Origin: Octopus vulgaris
Taxonomy: Eukaryota
Reading direction: 5' to 3'
NCBI GenBank assembly: GCA_951406725.2
Contig: OX597820.1
Coordinates: 7,502,001-7,566,000, forward strand
Length of the DNA stretch: 64,000 nt
Under the pieces are notes generated by a model that worked only from the letters and a program-made list of their open reading frames with translations, was not told where the DNA came from and ran no database searches. A program made the translations under genes and the position numbers. Positions 13,008-26,139 of this stretch are shown here, piece by piece. Numbering within the stretch: position 1 is the stretch's first letter; the number at the start of each line of letters is the position of its first letter.

Positions 13008-14189
13008 AGTGGTAGGTAATACCAACAAAGTGAGGGACGTAAAAGGACGATATCTAAGAATGTACAATACAACATCACACGAGTGAGACGAAAAAATAAG
13101 GTGTATATTTATCTATATTTGTGTGTGTGTGTATATCTGTAAATGTATTTAAATATATGCACATACATACACGCTCAGAGCCATGCTTACATGCATGTGT
13201 GAGTGTTTGTGTGTGAATAGTAGTCTTTGGACAAGAATTTGAAAAGCAACACTCACATGTGTGTGAGTGTGTTTGTATGTGAATGCGTGAGAGTGTGTGT
13301 GTGTGTGTGTTTGAGATGTATATATAAAATCTAATTGTGGTGTATATATTGCCTTATGTGATATTGTTTGATACAACATATTCGTCAAAGAATCTCGTCC
13401 TCCATTTTCGAATATTTCACGTAATTAATTTACACTTAAAAAGGCAATTGAAATTAATTCAATTATTAAAATCTGTTTAATCCCCCATTTATATATATTG
13501 CTTGATTACATCTCCAAATGTTTATCCCGTTTTTAATTGGTTGTATTATTACAGACATAAAAATATTTCAAGTACTTTTCGCCTTTTGAAGTAAGAAGTT
13601 TTACCGATATGTTTTTCCTTCAGACACACACACATTTATGTATATATATATGTGTGTGTGTACATGTATCATAATATATGTATTATATATTCGTATATTC
13701 ATATATGTTTTACGTAAATATATTTGACGCAGGTTTCTCGGTGTGCACACATATTATAGCGGATGAAACATATAAATGCATGTATAGAATGTCGGCACGG
13801 CTGAGAATAGGTTTGGCTCAGCGGTTTACAAACTTACATGAAATGCGACAGCGTTGGATTAGGTCCCACATACATATACACGCATTTATGTGTGTGTGTG
13901 TGTAACAAATGAGAAACGAAAATTCACGAGAATCTTTATTAATTTGAACGATCGTGTCGACCCGTCCTGCATCGGCCCTTTGTGGGTGAGATATTATACA
14001 ATTGGTTGTGGTGCATCCTTCAGGTGTCTCGTCAGGTGACTTTTTAAAGGGTCTCTCCATCTCAATTTATCATGGTTTCCTTTGGTTCTATAAGAATGCA
14101 TGTCATTATTTGCCTGCAGGTTGTTACCTACAGGTTTGATGGTTTGGAATGGCTTGAGTGGATACGATCATATCTATCTATCTCTCTAC

Positions 14190-14239
<50 letters not shown>

Positions 14240-14674
14240 ATACATGCATACATACATAAGTATATACGTGGCAAGTTTTGGTGTGCGCGTTGTGTTTACG
14301 TGTATGTATATGTCTCACGGTCCTCACCTCGGTAATGTTCACGCTTCTTTATAAACTTTTAACGTAGCACTCTGTCAAATCCCACCGATACAATAAGTGC
14401 TAGGGTCCATTTGATCAATGTAGCATATGAAGATAATGCGACAGCATGGCGGCAGTCCCTTGATGCAAACAAGCAAAATAAGTTTAAACTAAGAGAATAT
14501 ACATCAGCCCAGTTAAATATACACAAATATGAATGTTTAACTTAATAATCAACGTTTTCCGACGTAAACATTTCCTACCACGTTATGACAGCCGTCACCT
14601 TTTCGAAGAAATATAAACAAAATAAATTGAAGAGACACAGAAACCGGAACACTTGATGAAGTTTCGTTGAATAA

Positions 14675-14907
14675 CCTAATTCTTTACTACCCACAAGGGG
14701 CTAAACACAGAAGGGACAAACAAGGACAGACAAACGGATTAAGTCGATTATATCGACCCCAGTGCGTAACTAGTACTTTATTTATCGACCCCGAAAGGAT
14801 GAAAGGCAAAGTCGACCTCGGTGGAATTTGAACTCACAACGTAACGGCAGACGAAATACCGCTGAGCATTTCGCCCGGCGTGCTAACGATTCTGCCAGCT
14901 CGCCCCC
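14675..14907 (-). mobile_element. Family A SINE, full length
   Basis: Near-identical to 12764-13005 and 49377-49610. Confidence 0.9.
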
Positions 14908-16337
14908 TTGTTCCCTTGTATTACCATTGCCATGTAGCCAATGTTGTTGGTTAAGCAAACTGTAGCAGACAACGAATACATACTGCTCTTTATTTGGCCA
15001 TGAATTCTTAATGTATAAAATCATTAAAACGTATTGCCAATTATAAAATATTCTGCATAAAGTTGGTACAATATTTTGTTGGGTTGTCTGCAAGTTTTAA
15101 TAACATAACATAACTTTTCAATGAATTTAGATTAATTAATTACAAAATTCTGAGTTATGTCATGTTGAAGAGTTCAGAAAGAGGACGAAATGGTCCACGG
15201 CTACTAGAGACTTTACTAAAAGAATTATATGGAAATATAAGTTTGGTGTTTTCACTCATTGATAATGATTGGTCAGCATAAGAAAAATATAGCTAGAAGC
15301 TATCGCTTCCCGCTTCCAGTAATTCCAACGAATTTTATGTGATATATATGAATACGTGTATCATAACTCCTGCGACGTTGTGCACTCTGAGTTGAAAATT
15401 AATTAAAACGGAAAGAATATTTCATGAAAATATGAACGCATTTCATGTTATTTCATGTTATTTCATGATTCCAGAAAATACATAAAAATTTAGTCAATAA
15501 CAACTAAATTTGATGATAGATTAAAATAATGGAGTATAGAGAAGATTACTCATAATTTGTTTCATGAAATACAAATGACAAAAATGCACCAATTCTGTAG
15601 GGTCGCCCAGAGTCGACATCTAGCACAAACAGTTACACTATATTCACTTAGGAAGTCTTATAAGATCTGAACACACCGGAATTGATACAGTATCGATAAA
15701 GGTCAGATGCTCTTCTTTTAAGCAGTCTAGCATATTTTAAACACATTACCTCCCTTGATTAGAATTTACAATTAAAATAATGATTTGTAATCACTACAGG
15801 TGTAATTTTCCTTGAAATACAATTTCTCGAAACACCACATTCAGTATGCTTAACGCCCACTAAATCCAGTCTGTTGCCGCGCACTGCATCCATTATACTA
15901 TCATCTGTTACAGTCTGCAAGTGTACGCCTATTCTAATCTCTAAGTTAACGCCTACTACATTCATTATGATGACGTTCACTTAACTGTTTGCTTTACATG
16001 CAACAGGAGCTTCTTGGTATATTCTTCCGTTTTTTCTACAGTGGCAAACTCTGATTGACAAAAGTAAGAGAAACCTACTGTCAAGTACTTATTTCAGATG
16101 TTGTAACCCCATTATGAGCTCTGGCCCCGGAATACAAGGCTTCTGACAAGAGTGTGTCGACAGCACATGGACGTTCTAGACTTCGAAAGCTGGCTCCTAA
16201 CTCGTCTGATGCAACTAGATTCATGACCGACCATTAAGTGTCAGTTGGATCGCTTTACTTAGAGATGTTTCCGATATTGTCTCCACTTATCGAGAAACCA
16301 AGATCGATGAAACCTCGAGAGTAAACAGCAACTACAA

Positions 16338-16422
16338 GTGGTGGCGCAATGGCCCAATGGTTAGGGCAGCGGACTCGCGGTCGGAATATCGCGATTTCGA
16401 TTCCCAGACCGGGCGTTGTGTG
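16338..16422 (+). mobile_element. Family C SINE head only
   Basis: GGCGCAATGGCCCAATGGTTAGGGCAGCGGACTCGCGGTCG...GATTTCGATTCCCAGACCGGGCG. Confidence 0.85.
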
Positions 16423-16942
16423 TCATCAATGTGACACTGGGGTAAAATATACGAAGCCCAGTATACCCATCATGTCTACACGTCTGATAAGGGTACACCA
16501 GGCACATGCATCACAAACATAAGTGCAAGACATGTTGATGTCATATAAAGATAAACAGCACATGACCTTGCAGGTGGGGCCCAGTTGCAATTTTCTTCAA
16601 GTTGAGTGGCCCATCCCGCTCAAAAGGTTCCTGCATAAGGGACGTAAGGATGATGAGCAAAGCCCTTATGTTTCCAGAGGTGAATTATCTAAACCCCAAA
16701 GAATTCCTCTCAACACATAGATATTATGCCACCCCACAATTTCTGCTTGTGACCAGAGATGCAGATATTGCCAGCCACTAAGGGACATGCTCAACTGGTT
16801 AAGGTCAAACAACTGACAAGCAAATCTGTGGTATTGAGCAGAATATTTGCTGTAGCCCATCTTTTATACTAAAACAAAACAATATACATGATAACACTTC
16901 CAATCAGTTAAGATCAGAAGCCATGAGAGCCACTGCCTGGTA
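16423..16942 (-). mobile_element. Unclassified ~550-bp non-coding interspersed element (AAT-associated), copy 1
   Basis: Reverse complement is collinear with 56659-57203 and 57461-58013 (TACCAGGCAGTGGCTCTCATGGCTTCTGATCTTAACTGATTGGAAGTG ... CCCAGTGTCAC). Confidence 0.85.
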
Positions 16943-16944
16943 TT

Positions 16945-18193
16945 GATTATTATTTTATGTTTGACTTTCGCTTTGTATTAGTGCAAGTTGACTCCAAGTC
17001 TCATCCAGAGACCTCAAGAGACAACAAGTTAGAAGATCAAGTTGGTGTTATGCCTAGGGTGTCATATATTTGGTTTTGCACAAAGTTTTGTTCTAGAGAA
17101 TATTTAAGAAATCATAAGAAAATTGTATGTTTGTTTTAAAATTTGAGATTACATAGACAGTATTTTACGTAGGATATGGGCAATTTCCATCAGCACTATC
17201 TTTTGAATTTCTTCCATTTTGTGGTCTCGTGGTGTCTGAGCTACGTAGGAATCAGCCAGTTTTGCTATCATTCCTAGGGCACCTATGACAACAGGTATTG
17301 CTTTAGTCTGGAGATTCCACAATTTTCCAATTTCTATTTCAAGTTCTTTATACTTACGGAGTTTTTGGTTGGTCTTGACAGAAACATTTATATCGTTTGG
17401 GACAGTCATATCAATGAGAAGGAATGATTTTTGTCTGACGTCTTTCAGTATAATATCTGGCCTATTCGCATCTATCTTTCTGACTGTTTGAATGGTGAAG
17501 TTCCAGAGGAGTGAGATGTAATCATTGTCAAGCACTGATGGTGTATTTTGCAAATTACCCAGTGAATATATTGAGCTGCTCAATCATGCCTGTTGAGGTA
17601 CTTTGCAGGCTCAAGAAGAGACAAAATGATCAATGGCTTCATTTTGTTGTTGATACGCACGACACGTTGGGCAGCTGTTGGTCATGTAGTTTTTGTAGGT
17701 ATGAATTGATCTTGGGCTGCTATGATAAACCCTTCTGTTTCTAATTTTAAGCTAGAAGACACTAACAATTGATGGGTAAGGGTTTTGTCAACATCAGCAC
17801 TATAAGCTCTGTTTGGGTATTGAGAGGTTTTTCTTGTCATTTATCATTAAGAATATTTAAGGCAGCAGTTTTAGCACGGGTTTTCATACGCTTAGCTTTT
17901 TCTGTGCCTGTTTCTAGTACGTCTAATTCTGGAATTTGTTGTATTTAGAATTCCCTGGGATATTCCTTTGCTTGTTTTGTTACTGAGTATGATGTTTTCT
18001 TGTTTTCATGCGTTGAGACAAGATTCAACAGTCACTCATCAGAGTTTTTCAGGCAGGCGTCAAGGCCGATTGTGGCAATCTTCATTGTTAATTCCAGTTG
18101 TAAAAGTCTACGGCGTTCCTCTTTCCTTGGCAGAAAAAGATGTTCTATATATTCCTTAGGGCGGTGCATTCTATGCATTGTCAACAATTTTCG
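16945..18193 (-). mobile_element. R4/Dong-clade non-LTR retrotransposon, 5'-truncated (RT thumb, REL endonuclease, 3' UTR)
   Basis: RKLLTMHRMH.PK..IE.LFLPRKE.RR.LLQLE; LLWNFTIQT.RKIDANRPDIILKD..LLIDMTVP..K.RKYKELEIEI..LWNL...IPVVIGALG; 5' end abuts (AAT)n at 18194-18232 and the 3' end has a short AATAAT tail. Confidence 0.9.
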
Positions 18194-18235
18194 TATTATT
18201 ATTATTATCATTATTATTATTATTATCATCATTCG

Positions 18236-18425
18236 CTAGGTAAAATACTTAGCGGCATTTCGTGCGCCTATACATTCTAAGTTAAACTTCCGCCAAGGTG
18301 GATTTTGCTTTTCATCCTTTCGGGGTCGATAAAATAAGTACTAGTTGGAGTAGGTGTAATCGAAATTTCTGCTTTTGAGTCAAAATTTGAAACCATTATT
18401 ATTATTATTTTTATTATTATTTTTT

Positions 18426-18488
<63 letters not shown>

Positions 18489-18690
18489 AGTGGCGAGCTT
18501 CCGATGTCATTAGCGCTTCGCGCAAAACAGTTGCATTTCTTCCGGCTCTTTACATTCTCACTTCAATTAACACCAAGATCGACTTTGACTTTCGTCCATT
18601 CCAGTTGGTAAAGCCCCGGTGAAGAACTCGGGTGGGGTGGGTCCATGAAATCGACTTGCCCCTCCTCTCATAATTGCTGGCCTTGGGCCA
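18236..18690 (+). mobile_element. Two decayed family A SINE fragments separated by (ATT)n/(TAG)n
   Basis: TTGCTTTTCATCCTTTCGGGGTCGATAAAATAAGTAC at about 18305-18340; degenerate head GGCGAGCTT at about 18492. Confidence 0.65.
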
Positions 18691-18781
18691 AATATCTCTA
18701 CACACATACACACATTTGCATACACATAAATATATTCAGTCCTGTAAAAGATCATATTCATAATTATAACGTATATATATA

Positions 18782-18865
<84 letters not shown>

Positions 18866-20134
18866 GTGTGTGTGTGTGTGTGTCCCTCTAATGGAAATAT
18901 GATTTTATCTATGAATATACCTGAACATATCAATATTCGAGAAGCAAACGTGATGCAATGTAAAATGTGTGTGCAGTAATAGGCGTATATATGCTTGTAT
19001 GTATGTATATATATATATAATGATGGATATATCACTATGCAAGTGAGTGTGGGGGGGGTGTATATTCATCTACGTATATGTTAGAGGATAGATGACAAAG
19101 CCACCAGCGTCGAGGTAATAATCTCGATGCTATTCATATAGATACGTATACGCGACATTTATGACTAAAAACGCAAGTGCTTGTGTGTGTGCGTGTATTT
19201 GTGTGTGCGTATGTGTGCGTATGTATGTGTATGCGCGTATGTGTGTATTAATGTGTAGTGTAGAAATCAATAACTCTCGTTACGTCACATTTAACTTTCA
19301 ACGACAGTTTAGTCCTGATGTAATTAAGCCCCATTGTAATTCCAATACTCCATACCATCTCATTTCCCACTCTACTTTCACTTTCTCTTTCCAACTATAT
19401 TAAACCCTTTTTACAATATTTTGTTTTCCTTTCTTCTTCTCTCATTATTTCTTCCTATTTTATTCGATTTCTTTATTTTTTTCTTTGTTTGTGCTGTATG
19501 TTTTTTTTTTTCCATCGATTTTCTTTCCCATTTTTCTCCGAGATTTCAAAAGAGATTCCTCGCTGCCTGTTTGACCTCTTTCTGTTTTCATATTTAGACA
19601 AGTTTATATTATTTACGTTTCTATCAATTTGACAATTCACTAACTACTCCCTGCGCAGTGCCCAGTATTGCGGTGTTTCGTTAGAAATAATGGTCACGTG
19701 ATTCTTATTCATAAAACATTGCTTTTTTTCTTGTTGTAGTTGTTGTCTATATATTATATTATTTTTTTTTTAATCCAAGTGACATTGTACTCTTTATATA
19801 TATCTAATAATTCGTTTGTTACCCTTTTTCACCTCGGCTCACAATTTTTAAGATTTGTAAATCATACACACAAATAAGCACAAAGATTTCTCTATACACG
19901 AAGAGTTACTGGCTTGAACTAACAACAAAGGAACCGCAACAGAAACACACAAGCACACATACACCCATGCATACGCACGTATATAAAGTTCCTACAAACA
20001 TACATGAAAAATTATACACTGCATATTTGTACATATGACTGCCTTAACCCATTAGATTTCCACATAAATACTAATATACACAAGACATACAGACAGACAA
20101 GCCGGATATAAACACACACACACATATATATATG

Positions 20135-20167
<33 letters not shown>

Positions 20168-20365
20168 TGAGAGAGAGAGAGAGACAGAGAGAGAGAGTAT
20201 GGATGAAATTTCAGTTAGTCATTAAGGGAATAAAAGTTTTTTAGACGTTTGTTTGTATATACATACACGCACATATATGTATGTGTGTATGGATGTGTGT
20301 GTGTTTATGCATATACATATGTTTGTATATATATATGTATGTATATGTTATATGCGTCAATACGT

Positions 20366-20411
<46 letters not shown>

Positions 20412-20539
20412 TTGTTTACACATAGTAAATCATTTATAACAGTGGAACTCGAAGTAGATAAGGCTATAAATAATAGCGCGAAGATTCTATATTCTATAGG
20501 CAGATCTTTTAGGATTAGACCAAAGAGATCCTGCAAATT

Positions 20540-21103
20540 ACTGCATATGTTTTAGAAACTTCCTGCCTACCGTTGAGAATTCTAAGTTATTGACGTCATA
20601 ATAATTTTGAAACTCCGAGTTTCTTAATTCCCTCAAATTGCCCTTCAACTACCTGAAAAAAGCAAATGACAGATTTATTAACCCCGTAGACTCCCAGAAA
20701 AGCAAGTAATAAAGAAACTGATGGTCGGAGCAGGACGATTGTTTGACGATCAGTTTTAGGACAGATTTAGGACTACAAACATCGCATACACCAAGTGTGT
20801 AATTTTGGTATTTCTATTTCTTTGTGAACCAGTGAGATATCCTTCAGACCTCCTTAACATGAATGACAAGGCGTTTACAGAAAGTATAAACAACATCGCA
20901 GAGGGGGCTGTGCCCCTTGGCATATGCGTCTGCAATACTGTATTGTACCAGTGATAATGCAGTTGTTCTTTGAATTTAACTTCAAGATGGTGGCCCACGA
21001 TGACGTCATGCCAGTTATGTCTTTTGACTAGGCTCACAGGAACTTTAGCGAGCTGAAAGGCTTCTAGCATCCTTGAGTGAGGGACAGAGCCAAATGTTCT
21101 CAT
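20540..21103 (-). mobile_element. R4/Dong-type reverse transcriptase fragment, decayed
   Basis: TFGSVPHSRMLEAFQLAKVP (RT domain 3, AFDSVPH-like) and MLFILSVNALSFML..SEGY....KITHL (domains 4-5). Confidence 0.78.
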
Positions 21104-21169
21104 GTAGTATATAGGTATGTATATATTATGAGTGTATCTTTTATTAATCTATGTATGCACGTATATGAA

Positions 21170-21208
<39 letters not shown>

Positions 21209-21350
21209 TATTTATACAAAACGAAATATGAACATAAACAGACATACACACACAAGCACATAAACATACGCATATATATATATGATTACGTACACTAGCC
21301 GTATCTTCTAATCCATCTACCACACAATCTCTATGTGTGAATGTATGTGC

Positions 21351-21391
<41 letters not shown>

Positions 21392-21559
21392 ATGCTATTC
21401 ATATTGTGGTTGTTTGAAAAACGTGTATTAAAGAGCTGTGACATTATTAACATAATATCTGCTATAAATAGAATTTCTTTTAAATTGAAAACATGAAAAA
21501 TGCAGTTGGATATGTTGAAAGCAGAAGCATGCTTTGGAAATAATGAAGAAAGTACTAAA

Positions 21560-21699
21560 TATGCATACACACACACACACACACACACATGTTTACATAT
21601 ACATACATACATACATACATACATACATACATACATACATACATACATACATACATACATACATACATACATACATACATACATACGTACAATCATACA

Positions 21700-21731
<32 letters not shown>

Positions 21732-21773
21732 CATACATACATACACATACATACATACACATACATACATACA

Positions 21774-21805
<32 letters not shown>

Positions 21806-21806
21806 C

Positions 21807-21857
<51 letters not shown>

Positions 21858-21860
21858 TAT
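21560..21860. repeat. (CA)n(TACA)n(TA)n compound microsatellite
   Basis: Direct inspection. Confidence 0.92.
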
Positions 21861-22772
21861 AAACATATGAATACCTGTCTCATTGTACATGTGTATACGT
21901 TTCTGCTTCATGCATGTATGTATACATATATACACATACATACATACATACATACATGCATACTTACACACATAATGTATAGAATGTGGATGGATATATA
22001 CATATATACGCATATATGCACGCATAAATATACGTCTATAAACAGACATATATGTGTGTGTATGTGTGTGTGTATACACATGAGTATACATGCATATGAA
22101 TATATATTCAAGTTGTAATCGATTAATTATGTAGAGAAAAATTGTGTAAAGTAATATTTGTAATTAAAACTGTATCATAATGGAAAGCTGGTTGGTTGTC
22201 AAGTTGGAAGCATAATTACTTCATCTGTAAGATAGCAAGACAAGAGATATGATTTGTGTGAGAAGTATGCTAATATATCACGTAATCACCTCTTCCTAGA
22301 CACACATATATACTGTACAACACATACCACCACCAAACACACGCGCACACACACACGCACAAACGCACATACACACACACACATATTTATTGTGTTGTTG
22401 TTGTACAATTTTAGGTTTGTATAACATCAGTACAATATACGGTAGAATTAATCTGTGAAAAGTATATAAGTGAAAGAATTTATTGCATTTTTAAATAGAT
22501 TTGCCCGGCAGATTGTTAATTTTCCCCATGTCCACCGCCATTACGTATTCTTAACCGTGATGTGAATATGAGGTTGGAGAGATAGATTGCACAAATGATT
22601 TTCGGTTAAACTATGAATTCCTACATTGCTTTAGTCGACCAGTCACCTGTAGTAAGAGGTTTTCCTTAAGAGGCAGTGGCCGTTATAAACCGTATTAAGC
22701 ACAGGTGATTACTAGCAAATAATTTCCTCCTATAATTGTTAACTTTATCTTATATTTACTAACATTTGTATG

Positions 22773-22804
<32 letters not shown>

Positions 22805-22830
22805 AATATGTGAGAGAGAGAGAGAGAGAG

Positions 22831-22867
<37 letters not shown>

Positions 22868-22871
<4 letters not shown>

Positions 22872-23166
22872 AGGCGCAATGGCCCAGTGGTTAGGGTAGC
22901 GGACTCGCGGTCGTAGGATCGCGGTTTCGATTCCCAGACCGGGCGTTGTGAGTGTTTATTGAGCGAAAACACCTAAAGCTCCATGAGGCTCCGGCAGCGG
23001 GTGGTGGGGATCCCTGCTGTAGTCTTTCGCCACAACTTTCTCTCACTCTTTCTTCTGTTGGCCTGCTCGCTTAGCCAGCAGGGTGGTGCCATTTGAATGG
23101 TAAAACAATGCGAAGCGCATTGTCACTAGCGATGTGCAGCAACATCTGATAGCCTGGTCGGTCACG

Positions 23167-23170
<4 letters not shown>
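22868..23170 (+). mobile_element. Family C SINE (tail variant 2), between (TG)n and (TA)n
   Basis: Same tRNA-like head as 26-444, diverging after TTTCTCTCACTCTTTCTTC into a different 3' tail ending GGTCGGTCACGGTGA. Confidence 0.88.
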
Positions 23171-23259
<89 letters not shown>

Positions 23260-23296
23260 TCATTCATACAAGAGTGTTTACATATGTATACATGTA

Positions 23297-23517
23297 TACG
23301 GTCGGGGTGCTGACAATTCCTGGCTTTGAGTAAGAGAAAATACAAGAGGATCGGTTAATTATGATTTTATTCAACTTATTCCCGCCCCAACTACAAACAC
23401 TCACTGCAGCAGTCCTTCAAATTTTCTAAGCCCCTGTAAAGGAATTCGGAAGGCTAGGCCTCCAGTCAGGCCTTTCGTGACACCCTTAAAGCCAGCAACG
23501 TAAGCATCTCTCTTGTA
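23297..23517. mobile_element. Mariner-type MITE, about 220 bp
   Basis: Imperfect TIRs GGGGTGCTGACAATTCCTGGCTTT / AAAGCCAGCAACGTAAGCATCTC; TA at both boundaries. Confidence 0.55.
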
Positions 23518-23789
23518 TGTGTGTGTGTGGAGGGGAATTCTTGATATTTGCAATTCCATTGTTTTGTGCTATCAACAGTGCCTGAACCGAACTAGAGCAG
23601 TCATCAGTTTAAATGAACAAGTATTCATATAAACATTAAATTCTGTTCGTAGATTCCGTTAAATCTTCAAAATGAAATACATTTCAATAAACATTGACTT
23701 TATAACCGTTCAAAGTGTGCACACCTATTTGTATATAGGTTCTTTTATTTCTTTATATGTTTCAGTTTTTAATTGGCCACTTTTATGGG

Positions 23790-24780
23790 TTTGGCTTCTG
23801 GCGAAGAAGGGAGTTCGATATCGCCGTCGGCTTTTTAGTTTTGTGCTTGATATTGATTCATCTGGGGTCTTGGACAGTAAGAGGTCAAGTTGTTTCTTGA
23901 AAACATCTACTCTCACTCCATGGCGCTCCCTCAGATGTTTTGGCAAGGAATTAAATAGCTGTGGACCCTTAAATCCCAAGCTATTGCAGTACATGGTTCT
24001 CGCCCTAGATGAGACAGCTGGAACTTTTGGAACAGTGCAGTGACGAGCATTTCGAGGTCTGGTATAACTCTCAATTCCAAAGTTTGGTGCCAGCCCCTCC
24101 TGTATCTTCCAAACATATATCACTGCATATTCTCTCCCTTCTTCTCTCCAGAGAGTAAAGTCGTAGCTCTTTCAGTCTCGCCCAGTAGCTCAGCAGTTTT
24201 ATTGATGCAATCTTTGTTGTGTAGTATCTCTGAACCGCCTCAAATTCTGCTATTAACACTACGGTATAGGGTGACCACAGTTGGGAGCAGTAGTCCAGAC
24301 GGTTGACGACAAATTTCCTCCATAGGACTAGCATAGTTTCCTGGTCCCATGTTCTGAAGGTTCTCAGAATCCATCCGGCCATTCGCCCGCACATTGCCAC
24401 CATCTTCCCGACAATGTGCTCCATGACTTTGCTGACATGGGAAGTTGGATTTCCGCTGCTTTTGCTCCAAAGTATCGTTGTTGTGTCTTCTGAGCACCAA
24501 TTAGCTGGTAGCGGATGTCTTGGAATTTGCCTGCATTAAACTGCATGCTATTTTCCTCAGCCTATTTATATATGGCATCTAGGTGTCTCTGTAGAAGATT
24601 AGCATCTTGGCTGCTTCTACTTCTTTTGTGTCATCGGCATAGCTAGTAAGCGTGGCTGTCTGTGTAACTGATGGCATGTCTGAAAGATGCACCATGAACA
24701 ATAGTGGCTCCAATACAGTTCTCTGAGGCACTCCACTTTCTATTAATGTCTCTGTGGAGAGGTTTCCGTTGGCTGCTACA
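23790..24780 (-). mobile_element. CR1-clade LINE, RT 3' portion, decayed
   Basis: GVPQRTVLEPLLF, SYADDTK (about 24625-24645), MQFNAGKFQ, RLDYCSQLWSP, LSYWARLKELRLYSLERRRER, FKKQLDLLLSKTPDE. Confidence 0.9.
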
Positions 24781-25067
24781 ATTTATGACTTATCATCCCG
24801 TGATCAACGTTATCAGAGATCTTTGCAATGTCGAGATATATCACATCTACATTTGAGCGATTCCTTAATTGTTTCAATACTCAGTGTTGCAAAAGCTGCG
24901 TAAGGCAGCTTATTCCGGAGCGAAAGCCATGCTGCGTGTCAGGAAGCAAGTCATTATCTTAAACGAACGCAACTAGTTTCTTCCCGACAATGTGCTCTAT
25001 GACTTTGCTGACATGGGAAGTTAGAGAGACAGGTCTATAATACTTAGCGTCAGCTCAGCTAACTCCC

Positions 25068-25300
25068 GTGGCCTAGTGGTTAGGGTGTCAGCATCATGAT
25101 CGTAAGATTGTGGTTTCGATTCCTGGATCGGACGACGCGTTGTGTTCTTGAGCAAAACACTTCATTTCACATTGCTCCAGTCCACTCAGCTGGCAAAATG
25201 AGTAACGCTGCGATGGACTGGCGTCCCGTCCGCCTGGAGAACACATGCCATATGCCGGGAAACCGGGCCCATGAGCCTGGCTAGGCTTTAAATGGGCGCA
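25068..25300 (+). mobile_element. tRNA-derived SINE related to family C (tail like 41217 copy)
   Basis: GTGGCCTAGTGGTTAGGG, GGTTTCGATTCC; tail GCGATGGACTGGCGTCCCGTCC...GGGAAACCGGGCCCATGAGCC. Confidence 0.78.
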
Positions 25301-25305
25301 TTTAT

Positions 25306-25320
<15 letters not shown>

Positions 25321-25336
<16 letters not shown>

Positions 25337-25600
25337 GAGAATATATGTCTGTCTGTCTGTCTGTGTGTTTCCCTAAAACTTGAGAACATTACAACCAATT
25401 TCATTCAAATTTTACACATGCCTTACTTAAGGTCCGGGAAGTGTCATCGGCAAAACAATTTAAACTTTTTCCCTAGGGCGACCCCACAGCAATATCTTCT
25501 CCACTATTTCAGTATTACGTGTTAAAAGTGAAACAAAAACATCTCTCTATTGTAATGCAGACATTCAATTTAATACTGAAATTATTAAAGTGAAAGTATT
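25321..25600 (+). mobile_element. Non-autonomous Helitron-like 5' region, copy 1
   Basis: TATATATAAAA..GAGAAT..(GTCT)n..CCCTAAAACTTG..CAACCAAT.TCATTCAAATTTTACACATGCCT, shared with 27264-27385. Confidence 0.6.
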
Positions 25601-26139
25601 ATATAACAGGGATGAACCATTAACAGTGGTCATTCATTTTGCTAGAAGAATATCCGCTATGGTCTTATATGCTACACCACTGGTTTTCAATTCATATTAA
25701 TCAAATTAATATTCAATTTTTCACCCTTATTATGTGTGTATGTGTGTGTGTATTAGCAATTCGTATAAAATTGCATCAATGACTTGAACTTGAATAAGTG
25801 GTTCCACATAAATGGAGATAAATTAAAAAGGTTTGTTGTTATTATTATTACTGTTTGACTATTGTAATCACATTTGTTGGTACCGCGTGAGGGAAACGTT
25901 GTTGTGTTGCATTTGTTAAATAATTGTAAACCGTAACCCTTCCCCTTTCATAGAAGGGGCTTTGGTTATTGTTTAAAAATTGATTTGTGTCCCTGTTTGG
26001 GAAAATTGACAATATTTTCACCGTCTTTACGGAAGCATTTTTGTTAAAATGCCTTCGATAGAAGAAAGTCCAAAAATGAATTTCGCTGCAGCCGTACACT
26101 TCTATACAAGAGGGAGGACAAGATCCAATTGATCGAAAT

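Noticed and set aside
23555-23612. Minus-strand CUGAUGA...UGCU/AGCA...AAAAC hammerhead-like trace
   Set aside because: GAAA box, helix II closing pair and helices I/III are all defective; chance cannot be excluded
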